Positions 20,119 to 29,969 of a stretch of 52,611 nucleotides of DNA are shown here, in pieces. A model generated the notes under the pieces. That model saw only the letters and a list, made by a program, of their open reading frames with translations, ran no database searches and was not told the origin of the DNA. Source of the stretch: a bacterium. GTDB taxonomy: Bacteria > Bdellovibrionota_C > UBA2361 > SZUA-149. How positions within the stretch are numbered: position 1 is the first letter of the stretch; each line of letters starts with the position of its first letter. The stretch lies in assembly GCA_030433295.1 (NCBI GenBank), contig JAUIMJ010000002.1, positions 1-52,611 on the forward strand. The letters run 5' to 3'. The position numbers were made by a program, and so were the translations under genes.

Positions 20119-21381
20119 CTAAAAGCCGAAATCGAGCGTGACCTGACGAGCGCTGATAGATACTCGAATAACGCCCACCGACTTGTCGATAAACGTCGCC
20201 CGTTTATGGGTGAGAACCCCCGGGTCCCCCACCCTTTTGGCATACGCCTTAGTGATGGCTTCAAAAAACTCTCGTGCATCCTCTTCCGTGTCCCACGCAG
20301 TAAACCACTTGGCCCCGAGCCGACCACCTCCTTCGGATGAATAGAGCCCGATAGCATCACCAGCCCAGCCCGCAGAAGCTCGCGCAGCCTCACCGGCCTC
20401 CAGCCATGTAGATAGCAAGGTCGATATGAGGAACTCGCCAAGGCGATCGCTGTACCTGCGTTGACCAATCCCCGAGATGCTTTCGGGAAGATCAAAATAC
20501 TCAATGGCATGAGTACCACTCAGGTAGATATCCGGATGAAGGATCTGCTCCGTGGTGCCGGGGAGTTCTCGATACGCGCGATTTATACGCTTGTATCCCC
20601 CGTTCCTGAGCAGCGCATGAGCAAATCGTAAACCACTTGTGTATGGAAACACGAGACTGGCTCTTAGCGCCGGCGGACTCTCGGCTCCGGAGGCCTGTAA
20701 ACTCACGCCGGCAAGATACTCCGCGACAAAAGCAGATACGGATTCTCTTTTAGCCAGGGGAACTCCTCCCATTTTGGAAAAGCGATGATCAAGCATGACC
20801 AGCATGGCATCGCCCTCGATCAGGGCAGAACGCGCCATCAGTTCATCGCTGCTCAGATGCTCCAAGTCAAGAATACTCTCCAGGGTGAAGTGCTGGTCCT
20901 GCAACGCATGCGTTAACTCATGCACCGCAATCGGCATCTGCATCACCGAAGGGAGCCATCTCGCCATCGCATAGTACTCCCGATACGGATCGTAGTAACC
21001 GCCAAGCTGCTCCGTGTACAGGGCAATCAGGCCTTCACGGTATTTGAATGACCTGGGAATGAGGCCGATGAGTTTGTACACAGAACTCTCATGTTCCAGG
21101 CGAGCATCGGTGATTCTTTCCCGGATAGTTTGTACCAGGTAGGCTTCGACTTCATCCCTGCTCTGAAGCTTGCAGGGAACGCTTTTTACCACCGCCAGGC
21201 CACGAAGCTCGCTGGCCCGTTCGATTGCAGTTTTTGCTATTGCGCAATCATCGCCCTCGACAGCATGAGCCGAGTCCCACGAAAGTGAATTTAGAAGAGA
21301 GCTCAAAAAACACAGCACGAAACAGGATCGAAGAAAACACGAAGTAGGTGCGGAATGGGGCCAGGCGAAAGATGTCACCAC
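20119..21381 (-). CDS. Exported putative zinc metallopeptidase (HExxH; Hvo_1808/DUF6782-like)
   Basis: Signal peptide; GGYYDP, HELTHALQDQHF, ALIEGDA, FPY-x-SG, TTEQILHP and GWAGD motifs. Confidence 0.75.
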   Translation of the reverse strand: MVTSFAWPHSAPTSCFLRSCFVLCFLSSLLNSLSWDSAHAVEGDDCAIAKTAIERASELRGLAVVKSVPCKLQSRDEVEAYLVQTIRERITDARLEHESSVYKLIGLIPRSFKYREGLIALYTEQLGGYYDPYREYYAMARWLPSVMQMPIAVHELTHALQDQHFTLESILDLEHLSSDELMARSALIEGDAMLVMLDHRFSKMGGVPLAKRESVSAFVAEYLAGVSLQASGAESPPALRASLVFPYTSGLRFAHALLRNGGYKRINRAYRELPGTTEQILHPDIYLSGTHAIEYFDLPESISGIGQRRYSDRLGEFLISTLLSTWLEAGEAARASAGWAGDAIGLYSSEGGGRLGAKWFTAWDTEEDAREFFEAITKAYAKRVGDPGVLTHKRATFIDKSVGVIRVSISARQVTLDFGF

Positions 21382-21394
21382 TTCCTGACCTCGC

Positions 21395-21742
21395 TTACTT
21401 GTCCATAGCGGGGGTTATCGGGCGATATCTTTCTTCGGGGAGCATAGGACGTGGGGGAACGAGAACGCCCTGCTCTTTCACTTCTCGTTCACAGAGAGAA
21501 AGCCGACGATCGGAGAGTTCGACTACCTGCTCTAGCTCCTCAATCATCTCACGCATCCGGTTGCGCTGGGCGATCACATCTTCCTTGTAGCGCAAAGCCC
21601 TGTCCCGGGCCGCTATCGCACTTTCCTGCGCCTGAAGGGCAGTCATCTGATGAACCGGCTTTACCGCGGTGCGATGGCATGCGGAGATACCAATGAGCAG
21701 CATGAGTAAAATGACTTGATGAAACTGACGCGATGAGATCAT
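21395..21742 (-). CDS. Hypothetical coiled-coil lipoprotein
   Basis: From ATG 21742: hydrophobic signal with ISAC lipobox, then a coiled coil; ends 13 nt before the next gene. Confidence 0.6.
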   Translation of the reverse strand: MISSRQFHQVILLMLLIGISACHRTAVKPVHQMTALQAQESAIAARDRALRYKEDVIAQRNRMREMIEELEQVVELSDRRLSLCEREVKEQGVLVPPRPMLPEERYRPITPAMDK

Positions 21743-22129
21743 TCGAGCATCTTTGAAAGCCGGGCAAGCTACTTCGCTCCGGACTGTTAATGTAAAATTT
21801 TTCTGCACCACTTTATCCGATACTAGCACACATTCTGCCGAATCTCCTTCCCGGCTATGCTTGCTATCGAAAAAAAATAGAATATACTGCTTCCCAGAAT
21901 CTTCTAACATACCCGCAGCTGTTGATGCACCCTTTGATGATACACTCCCCTATGATCAGCTCCTCACGAGGCGTCCTTCCCCTTGGATTGCCATCTCTCA
22001 CTAGGAAAAATGCGTCTTCACGGCACGTGGCGGATTCCTTAAAAACTAACGGGGGAAAAACAACGACGGGGAAAACAGCAAAGAAGGCATTTGCCAAAGG
22101 CCATACTCTGGCATGCCAGGAGAATTTCC

Positions 22130-25100
22130 ATGCCCGCTAGCGCATCGAAAAAAACTCGTTCCTCCAGCCTCAGGGACGTTCTGCATCTGTGCGGTCTGAG
22201 ACAGAATAATCTCAAGAATATTGATATTGAACTCGAACACGATCTGCTCCACGTGGTTACCGGTGTTTCCGGTTCCGGTAAGTCCACGTTTGCCTTCGAC
22301 ACGATTTATGCAGAGGGTGGTCGAAGGTATATCGAGACCTTCAGTCCCTACACCCGACAGTTCCTCGATCGGCTCGAACGTCCCGACATGGATAGCATTG
22401 GCGGTGTTCGTCCCGCGCTTGCCCTCGAGCAAAGGAACCGGGTTACCTCTTCACGATCTACGGTAGGTACCGTTACTGAAATAAATGACTACCTCAAGGT
22501 GCTCTGGTCTCATCTTGCGCTGCTTCGCTGCAAAAAATGCGACAGCGTAGTAGAGCGTGACACCCCGTACACGGTCGCCACACAGATTGCAGAGAATCCA
22601 CTGATTCAGAAACATTCGCGCTTCCTGCTGTGCTTCCCTCTGAAGCTTTCCGGACTGGCCTCCGCCGAGGCCCTCGCCTCAACGCTGCGTGCTGAGGGCT
22701 TTTTGAGGTTCTTTGATGTGGCGAGTGGGGAAGTTAGGAAAGTCGACGATATCGACAAGGAAGTCTGCGATTCTAACAAGTCGCTTCTGATAGTCGTCGA
22801 TCGACTGAGCCTCGACTCAAAGGCGACGATGTCCAGGGATATGCGGGAGCGTTTGATTTCGAGTATTGTCCAGGCATTTTCTTTCGGACACGGAAGACTC
22901 GAAATACTGATACCCGACGCAGACGCTGAGCGTCTGCAGTTTGCGCAGGGTCTGCGCTGCCCGAGCTGCGATACGAAATACGATTCCCCTCGCCCTTCCC
23001 TGTTCTCATTCAACAGCCCCCTGGGGGCCTGCAGCGAATGCACGGGCTTTGGTAAGACTCTGGAGATCGATCCCGATCTTTGCGTTCCGGACCAGCGCAA
23101 ATCTATCAATGAGGGGGCAATTGTCTGTTGGGACACCGACGCGACAAAAGTACAGCTGCGACGCCTGAAAACCTTCTGCGCTGAAAATGATATCGACATG
23201 GATGTGCCATGGCGCTCCCTCTCGGCAAAAACTCGTGAAACACTTTTGCACGGCCCCGAGACAAAGCAGGCATACAAAGGACTGTATGCCTGGTTTAAAA
23301 AACTGGAGCGGAAGCGACATCGCATGCATGTCCGAGTGCTGCTCAGTCGTTACCGAAGTGAACGAACCTGCACCAAGTGCGGGGGAACGCGGATCGTCAG
23401 GGAAGCGCTCCAGTACCGAATTCTCGAACGCACCATTGCTGATGTCTGGCAGTTGCCGCTCGACCAGTGCCTGGCATTCTTTGAAGAAGTCATCGAGAAG
23501 GATACGCCTGACCCGGTGCTGCTCGTGGTTCTGGAAGAAGTCCGCAGCAGACTGGCATACCTCTGTGAGATCGGTCTTTCGTACTTAACGCTGGATCGAC
23601 AATCGCGCTCTCTCTCTGGCGGCGAAAGCCAGAGGGTAAACCTCACCGCTATCCTCGGCGCTCAATTGGTCAACACCATGCTCGTCCTCGATGAGCCGAC
23701 AATCGGGCTACATACAAGGGATACCCAACGCCTGCTCGGCACTCTGAAGGCGCTTCGAGATCGGGGAAATACCCTGGTAGTCGTAGAGCATGATACGGAA
23801 GTAATTGCACAGGCAGATCAGGTTATTGATATCGGTCCGGAATCGGGTCGCTCCGGTGGGGAGATACTCTTTCAGGGAAGCGTCGATGCCCTTGCCGAGG
23901 TAGAGAATTCTCTCACCGCACGTTATCTCTACAAAGAAATACCTCATGTCAGAGAAGCCCGGCCCCGCAAGAAATCGGCAAAAAAATTATCCGTGAAAAA
24001 TGCGCGGGCTCACAACCTGGATAATATCGATGTCGATATTCCATTGCATTCCCTGGTCGTGCTCTCTGGCATCAGCGGCTCCGGAAAGTCTACCCTCGTT
24101 AACCTTTGCCTCCATGATGCCTACAGAAAACTGCGACGTGGCGCATCTGAGAGCGCGTTTAAGAAAAATCCGGACGCGGCAATAGACTCCCTCAAGGGCA
24201 TACAGCATATCGATGATATCGTTCTTATCGACCAGAGTCCTATCGGGAAATCCCCCCGCTCCAATCCTGCGACCTACAGTAAGGCCTGGGACAGCATACG
24301 TGAGTGTCTCGCCGAGACCGAGGCAGCTCAGCAACTGGGGCTCAGTAAATCCGCCTTCTCCTTTAACGTTGAAGGCGGACGATGTCCGGTGTGTTCTGGT
24401 GCGGGGCAAATTCGAGTGGAAATGCAGTTTCTCGCCGATGTTTTTGTCGAATGCGAGGCCTGCGGAGGGACGCGCTTTCAGGATAGCGTTCTTGGAGTAC
24501 GATTTGCCGGGAAAAACGTAGTCGAACTCCTCGAGACAAGCCTTCAGGAGACTATAGCGCTTTTTTCTGATGTGGCCGACTCTGCTCGTGCGGAGAAAGT
24601 CACGACGGCGCTTAAACCTCTGGTCGATTTAGGGCTTGGATACCTGACCCTGGGCCATCCGCTCAACGAAGTTTCCGGTGGTGAAGCGCAGCGTATTAAA
24701 CTTGCGTCGTACCTGAATCCTAAAGTAACTGAGCAATGTCTCTTTATTCTGGACGAGCCAACAACCGGCCTGCACCCCCACAACGTCCAGGATTTACTGC
24801 GCTCCTTTGATCAGCTTCTTGCGCAGGGCCACTCAATACTTTGCGTAGAACATAATCTGGACATCATTCAACAGGCGGACTGGATTATAGATCTCGGGCC
24901 GGACGGAGGAGACAAGGGAGGACGAATTGTCGCCCAGGGACAGCCGTCAGATCTGATGAAGAAGCCTGATGATTTCCCGGAATCCGCGACCGTCGCTCTT
25001 CTTGTCGATAAGGAACCTCCCCGACAATCATCCGCAGTGCCGGTGAAAGCAAAGAGCTCAAAGCGAAGAAACAAGGAAACGCAGTCTGTCCACATCTCGG

Positions 25101-27667
25101 GTGCCCGGCAGAACAACCTCAAAGAGGTGTCTACGAGTATTCCCCATAATGTAATGAGCGTCATCACGGGAGTTTCCGGTTCCGGTAAGTCCACACTGGC
25201 CTTTGATATCGTGTTCGCTGAGGGGCAACGAAGGTTTATCGACTGTCTCTCACCATATGCCCGACAGTATATCAAGCAGCTAAGTCGGGCAGACGTTGAC
25301 CGAGTCCACTGCATTCCGCCAACAGTAGCGATATCTCAAAAGACTTCGCCGCCCATGGGGGTCTCGACTATCGCGACTCTTACTGAACAATACCAGTACC
25401 TGCGTCTGCTTTTTTCGAAGCTGGGAACTCAGCATTGCGTACATGATGGGGCTGAAATAACTGGCCGTTCTCCGGGAACTATTACCGGAGACATCATCAA
25501 GCAGTTTGGAAGCAAGCCAATACTCGTCTTTGCTCCCGTGGTTTCCGGGCGCAAGGGCTATTATAACGAACTCTTCAATCGAGCGCTTCGCGCGGAAATT
25601 TTTGAAGCAAAAATAGACGGGGAAATGCGCAGCCTCGAAGCAGACATGCGTCTTGAGAGACACAAGCTGCACTATATCTCCCTCAAAGTTGCGTCATTTT
25701 CCAATCCCAAGAAGAATGCGGATCTGCTGCAACAGGCAGTTCAACAATGCCTCGTGCTCGGCAATGGCATGCTGGAGGTATATCAGGGAGATCCCTACGG
25801 CGAAGCGGCGGTGTTCAATATTGACCGCGTATGCCCCAGCTGTCGAAGGGGATACAGAGAACTTGATCCTCAGGACTTTTCATTTCGTAGCGCACGAGGA
25901 GTCTGCACTACGTGCAGTGGCAGAGGAAGCCTGCCAGTAAGAGGCAGTGAGTTTGAGCAAAAGCAGTGCCCGGATTGTCAGGGTGCCCGGATCGGCGCTA
26001 TCGGACGTAGTGTTACCGTCGGCGGAAAGAAGATTCACGAACTGACACAAATGACCGCACCGGAACTCCTTTCTTTTCTGCAACAACTGGAGTTCCCTCA
26101 ACGGCTTAACCCCGTGGCCGAACCCATTACCTTTGAGCTGATTAATCGCCTCCAGGTTCTCGTACGCGTCGGTCTGGACTACCTGCAGCTAGACCGCGAT
26201 GCGACGAGTATTTCAGGGGGCGAAGCGCAGCGCCTGCGATTAGCGAAAGCTCTCGGAGCCCCGCTCACGGGTGTCTGCTACATCCTAGATGAACCCAGTA
26301 TTGGCCTGCATCCAAGAGATCATTCTCAACTCATTGAAACGCTACATGGCTTGCGTGATGCCGGTAATACCGTTGTCGTGGTGGAGCATGACGAAGATAC
26401 TATCCGTGAAGCAGATCACGTGATCGATATTGGTCCGCGTGGAGGTGCTCAGGGTGGAACTCTCGTGTATGAGGGGCCAATCGACGGCCTGGAGGACTGT
26501 CCTCAATCACTCACCGGCCAGGCCTTGCGTGAGCGAAGTCAGGGAACTGCTATCTCCTTCTCAAAACGGGTACCGAAGAAAAAAGACATGATGATCCTCA
26601 AAGGAGCTCGTGCAAACAACTTGAAAGAGGTGACAGCAAGCATCCCTAAAAACGCCCTTACCGTGATAGCTGGTGTCTCGGGTGCGGGAAAAAGTTCCTT
26701 GCTGCACAGCACTCTTGTTCCCGCGATTGTCGAAGCTTTTGAAGGAGAGGCCGAGCGCAAAAAGTTCTATCCGCGCACCTGGGACTCCCTTGACGGCATT
26801 GACGGTCTTGAGAGCTTTACTGAAATCGATCAGTCTCCTGTGAGCCGAACCCCGACCTCAACGCCCGCCTCGTATCTCGGCATTTTCGACCAGATCAGAA
26901 AAGTATACGCCCTTCTCCCGGAAGCGAAGGCTCAGGGCTGGACCGCTAGTCATTTCTCCTTCAATACCGGTAAGGGCAAGTGCAGTGAATGCGGTGGTCG
27001 AGGATACATCACAATTCCGATGAGCTTCCTGCCGGATGCGACGACCAACTGTGAGGTCTGCCGCGGTAAACGCTACAACGAACAAACCCTCGACGTTCTT
27101 TATCAGGGATTTTCAATTGGCGATTTACTCCAGAAGACGTTTACGGAGGCGCGAAGTATTCTTTCCAACCATTCGAAAATCTGTCGCACGCTCGATTACG
27201 TGCTGGAGCTTGGACTTGGCTATCTCACCCTTGGCCAACCCACACACACTCTTTCCGGGGGTGAGGCACAAAGAATTAAAATTGCCCGGGAACTGGGTCG
27301 ACGTGACGCAAGCAACACTCTGTATGTGCTGGATGAGCCGACAATTGGTTTGCACATGGTTGATGTGGAAAAGCTGCTGAGCGTATTGCGCAAGCTCGTT
27401 GAAAAAGGGAATACGGTAGTCGTCATTGAGCACAATATGGACATTATCCGGGCAGCAGACTATCTTTTGGAGATGGGGCCTGACGCGGGTGATAAAGGCG
27501 GACGCATTCTGTACTCCGGCCCGCCCAAAGGATTGAGCAAGGGATCGAAAAAGACGCCCACGAAGCAGTTTTTAGAACTAGAGGTGGAGCGTGTTCCCTC
27601 TGCTGCCGTTCTCAGCAAAAACGGTGGAGCCTCAAAGACGAACTCGATTAAGCAAAGAGTAGGATAG
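22130..27667 (+). CDS. uvrA: Excinuclease ABC subunit A, tandem-duplicated (about 1850 aa, four ABC ATPase sites)
   Basis: Four Walker A motifs (GVSGSGKS, GISGSGKS, GVSGSGKS, GVSGAGKS), four xSGGExQR signatures, four LDEPxxGLH and multiple CxxC pairs; AGGAG RBS before ATG 22130. Confidence 0.95.
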   Translation: MPASASKKTRSSSLRDVLHLCGLRQNNLKNIDIELEHDLLHVVTGVSGSGKSTFAFDTIYAEGGRRYIETFSPYTRQFLDRLERPDMDSIGGVRPALALEQRNRVTSSRSTVGTVTEINDYLKVLWSHLALLRCKKCDSVVERDTPYTVATQIAENPLIQKHSRFLLCFPLKLSGLASAEALASTLRAEGFLRFFDVASGEVRKVDDIDKEVCDSNKSLLIVVDRLSLDSKATMSRDMRERLISSIVQAFSFGHGRLEILIPDADAERLQFAQGLRCPSCDTKYDSPRPSLFSFNSPLGACSECTGFGKTLEIDPDLCVPDQRKSINEGAIVCWDTDATKVQLRRLKTFCAENDIDMDVPWRSLSAKTRETLLHGPETKQAYKGLYAWFKKLERKRHRMHVRVLLSRYRSERTCTKCGGTRIVREALQYRILERTIADVWQLPLDQCLAFFEEVIEKDTPDPVLLVVLEEVRSRLAYLCEIGLSYLTLDRQSRSLSGGESQRVNLTAILGAQLVNTMLVLDEPTIGLHTRDTQRLLGTLKALRDRGNTLVVVEHDTEVIAQADQVIDIGPESGRSGGEILFQGSVDALAEVENSLTARYLYKEIPHVREARPRKKSAKKLSVKNARAHNLDNIDVDIPLHSLVVLSGISGSGKSTLVNLCLHDAYRKLRRGASESAFKKNPDAAIDSLKGIQHIDDIVLIDQSPIGKSPRSNPATYSKAWDSIRECLAETEAAQQLGLSKSAFSFNVEGGRCPVCSGAGQIRVEMQFLADVFVECEACGGTRFQDSVLGVRFAGKNVVELLETSLQETIALFSDVADSARAEKVTTALKPLVDLGLGYLTLGHPLNEVSGGEAQRIKLASYLNPKVTEQCLFILDEPTTGLHPHNVQDLLRSFDQLLAQGHSILCVEHNLDIIQQADWIIDLGPDGGDKGGRIVAQGQPSDLMKKPDDFPESATVALLVDKEPPRQSSAVPVKAKSSKRRNKETQSVHISGARQNNLKEVSTSIPHNVMSVITGVSGSGKSTLAFDIVFAEGQRRFIDCLSPYARQYIKQLSRADVDRVHCIPPTVAISQKTSPPMGVSTIATLTEQYQYLRLLFSKLGTQHCVHDGAEITGRSPGTITGDIIKQFGSKPILVFAPVVSGRKGYYNELFNRALRAEIFEAKIDGEMRSLEADMRLERHKLHYISLKVASFSNPKKNADLLQQAVQQCLVLGNGMLEVYQGDPYGEAAVFNIDRVCPSCRRGYRELDPQDFSFRSARGVCTTCSGRGSLPVRGSEFEQKQCPDCQGARIGAIGRSVTVGGKKIHELTQMTAPELLSFLQQLEFPQRLNPVAEPITFELINRLQVLVRVGLDYLQLDRDATSISGGEAQRLRLAKALGAPLTGVCYILDEPSIGLHPRDHSQLIETLHGLRDAGNTVVVVEHDEDTIREADHVIDIGPRGGAQGGTLVYEGPIDGLEDCPQSLTGQALRERSQGTAISFSKRVPKKKDMMILKGARANNLKEVTASIPKNALTVIAGVSGAGKSSLLHSTLVPAIVEAFEGEAERKKFYPRTWDSLDGIDGLESFTEIDQSPVSRTPTSTPASYLGIFDQIRKVYALLPEAKAQGWTASHFSFNTGKGKCSECGGRGYITIPMSFLPDATTNCEVCRGKRYNEQTLDVLYQGFSIGDLLQKTFTEARSILSNHSKICRTLDYVLELGLGYLTLGQPTHTLSGGEAQRIKIARELGRRDASNTLYVLDEPTIGLHMVDVEKLLSVLRKLVEKGNTVVVIEHNMDIIRAADYLLEMGPDAGDKGGRILYSGPPKGLSKGSKKTPTKQFLELEVERVPSAAVLSKNGGASKTNSIKQRVG

Positions 27668-28407
27668 TGGAATCCAAGCCGACGTTTGAAGCGATTCGTA
27701 GTCGTTCCTCAGCTCGACAGTTCTCCAGTAGAAAAGTCGATGAACGGCTGTTGTTCGAATTGCTGGACCTGAGCAACAGGGCTCCAAGCGGATACAACCT
27801 GCAGCCGTGGGAGTTCGTCATAGTTCGTGATGAAGAGCTGCGAGGACTACTCAGCCACGTGGCCTTTCAACAGAGGCAGGTTAAAGAGGCACCGGTCACG
27901 GTCGTTTTTGTAGCAGATCCCCTTGCCTGGAAAACGACCTACCCACGGATTCTCTCGGACAGCGTTGCCGCAGGACTTATCGCAGATGACTACGCGCTTA
28001 TCAGTCAGAAGAACGTCAATCAGCATTTTCGTCTCGGGCCATTCGGACTGTATGGATTGCTCAAAAAAATGAGCGAACCGCTACGTCGACTACGACGGCC
28101 GACGGCACGCCACCTTGGAACGAGCGACGAAACAATCGCCTATGTGAATGCGCAATGCATGCTTGCTGCAGCGACCTTTATGCTGGCGGCTCAGAGCGTT
28201 GGTTTGCACACCTGCCCTATGGAGGGATTTGACCCCGAACGGATCAAAAGGTTGTTGGCAATCCCAATGCATATGAGCGTACCGATCATCATACCGCTCG
28301 GCTATCTCGTTGACGGAGAAGAGGTCGAAATCTCATATCGCATTCCTACCGTTGAAAAAGCTCGGGTCGACCTCTTCCCCAATCAGCTTTCTCTCCTTAA
28401 GAAATAG
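27667..28407 (+). CDS. Nitroreductase family protein
   Basis: IRSRSSARQF, APSGYNLQPWEF and GLHTCPMEGFD motifs; the GTG start overlaps the uvrA TAG by 1 nt. Confidence 0.93.
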   Translation: MESKPTFEAIRSRSSARQFSSRKVDERLLFELLDLSNRAPSGYNLQPWEFVIVRDEELRGLLSHVAFQQRQVKEAPVTVVFVADPLAWKTTYPRILSDSVAAGLIADDYALISQKNVNQHFRLGPFGLYGLLKKMSEPLRRLRRPTARHLGTSDETIAYVNAQCMLAAATFMLAAQSVGLHTCPMEGFDPERIKRLLAIPMHMSVPIIIPLGYLVDGEEVEISYRIPTVEKARVDLFPNQLSLLKK

Positions 28408-28409
28408 GC

Positions 28410-28446
28410 AAAAAAAAACGGCGGCATCCTCGATTGGACACCGCCG
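28410..28446 (-). terminator. Rho-independent terminator for the pspA-membrane protein operon (possibly bidirectional)
   Basis: On the minus strand CGGCGGTGTCC-aatcga-GGATGCCGCCG followed by 9 T, between convergent genes. Confidence 0.8.
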
Positions 28447-28466
28447 CTGTATTCGTCAGTATGTGC

Positions 28467-29852
28467 CTATTCCCAGGCTCGTATCTTGTTTCGGAACAGC
28501 TTCAGTTTTCCGAATACCGCACCCTGGTTCTTCTCGAAATACGAAGCGAAGATTACCAGGCTGGTTCCGGCTACTGCCAGTGTCAGCCATGGGCTGATGC
28601 TCAGGGCATCTACCGCATAGACGACATGGTAGAAGAGGCCAATAGCAAGACTGATAGCACCGGCAAAAAACGTCGCTCTGTTCTCGAAGGTAAATGCAAA
28701 GATCAAAGTAATCGCAGAAACCAGGATACAGAATGTCGCCGAAGCAATTCCCGGATAAAAGGCCAACTGAATCACGCCTGCGGGTGCGCAAATCATTGCC
28801 GCCACCTTTCTGTATGTTTCTCCGCTACTGATCGTCAGGTAAGAGACAAAAAGAAGGAAGGCCGCAATCGGAACGATTGACATCGGAATATAGAGTATAT
28901 CAATCGGGGCTCCGAAAATTTCAGCATCCGCCACAGAAAAGATAGTACCGTCCAACAACAACATCCAGCTAAACGCTGCGGGAAACATCGACACTCCTTG
29001 AATGAATGAGCCAAATTCTTGAGAGTTCGTCAACTTCGGAACGTAGTAAAACATCGCAACAAAGATCATTGCGAGCGCCGAAGAAAACAGAAGCACATGA
29101 TTCGGATACAGCGCTACACTTCGCCCAATCAGCAAGAACACCGGAACCAGTGGTAAGAAACGTGCCACTCTCCCTTCTCTTGTTTTCAGGGCGGAGGCGC
29201 TGGAGAAAAGAAAGGAATCAGCAAAGGCCGCAAATGCCGTTCCGAGGACAGCAATAATCGCAATGGAAACACCATCCCGTGTCGGTATGAGCAGTAGCGC
29301 ATTGGTAGCGATATACACGCCCGTGAGACGCTTTGCCTCGAGGCGAGCCAGAGAAGAGAACCCGAGATAGGCGATCGGTATTAAGACTACTCCGGCGAGC
29401 ACCATGGTGACCCACACACTCAAGCCAGAGGGAGCGGTGTAAATCGCAAGGTTCCTCACATAGGACGAGTACCCGGCAAACAGCTCCTGATGGTTCTCAA
29501 TAAATCTAGAGAACAAGAGGGCCCCCAATTGGACAAAGTGTGCCGGAAGAAACGCCGTGGCAATCGCAAAGAAGGTTCGGGCACCCTTGGTCTCTTTCAA
29601 ATAAAGGCCGCAGAAAATTCCAGCCATCGAAAGCACAAAGGTAAAACCCAGGAAGCTATAGTAGCGAATCATGGAATCAAGACCCACCCATCGCTGCAGC
29701 AGAAATGAGAGTGCTGAGCTTATGAGAATCGCCGCGCCGACAAAACGTACGATACTGGCAAATGAGGTCCACTTATCCTCGCCGACCTCCGCGGAGCTAT
29801 CAGCATTCTCTGCTTCAAGCAGTGCTGCATCTACTTCAGAAACTGTATTCAT
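28467..29852 (-). CDS. Polytopic membrane protein (about 12-14 TM), function unknown
   Basis: Continuous hydrophobic helices; GAGG RBS before ATG 29852; downstream of pspA. The N-terminal GAAIL...W...R pattern loosely recalls DUF2157-type proteins. Confidence 0.8.
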   Translation of the reverse strand: MNTVSEVDAALLEAENADSSAEVGEDKWTSFASIVRFVGAAILISSALSFLLQRWVGLDSMIRYYSFLGFTFVLSMAGIFCGLYLKETKGARTFFAIATAFLPAHFVQLGALLFSRFIENHQELFAGYSSYVRNLAIYTAPSGLSVWVTMVLAGVVLIPIAYLGFSSLARLEAKRLTGVYIATNALLLIPTRDGVSIAIIAVLGTAFAAFADSFLFSSASALKTREGRVARFLPLVPVFLLIGRSVALYPNHVLLFSSALAMIFVAMFYYVPKLTNSQEFGSFIQGVSMFPAAFSWMLLLDGTIFSVADAEIFGAPIDILYIPMSIVPIAAFLLFVSYLTISSGETYRKVAAMICAPAGVIQLAFYPGIASATFCILVSAITLIFAFTFENRATFFAGAISLAIGLFYHVVYAVDALSISPWLTLAVAGTSLVIFASYFEKNQGAVFGKLKLFRNKIRAWE

Positions 29853-29969
29853 AGTACTTCCTCGAAAAATCGCCCGCCCAGAGGCGGGCTTATTGTGTGT
29901 CACCAGATATGAAATCTGCCCTGGAGCAGTCCCTGGATAAAATCATGCTATGTGTATCCGGAGACTGCT

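Noticed and set aside
21922-22140. 72-aa ORF upstream of uvrA, and a search for an SOS box there
   Set aside because: No RBS or motif for the ORF, and no recognisable LexA palindrome in the region.
22265-25194. 23-nt exact repeat GTTTCCGGTTCCGGTAAGTCCAC (22265-22287 and 25172-25194)
   Set aside because: Both copies encode the Walker A motif of the duplicated UvrA halves; protein conservation and codon preference explain it.
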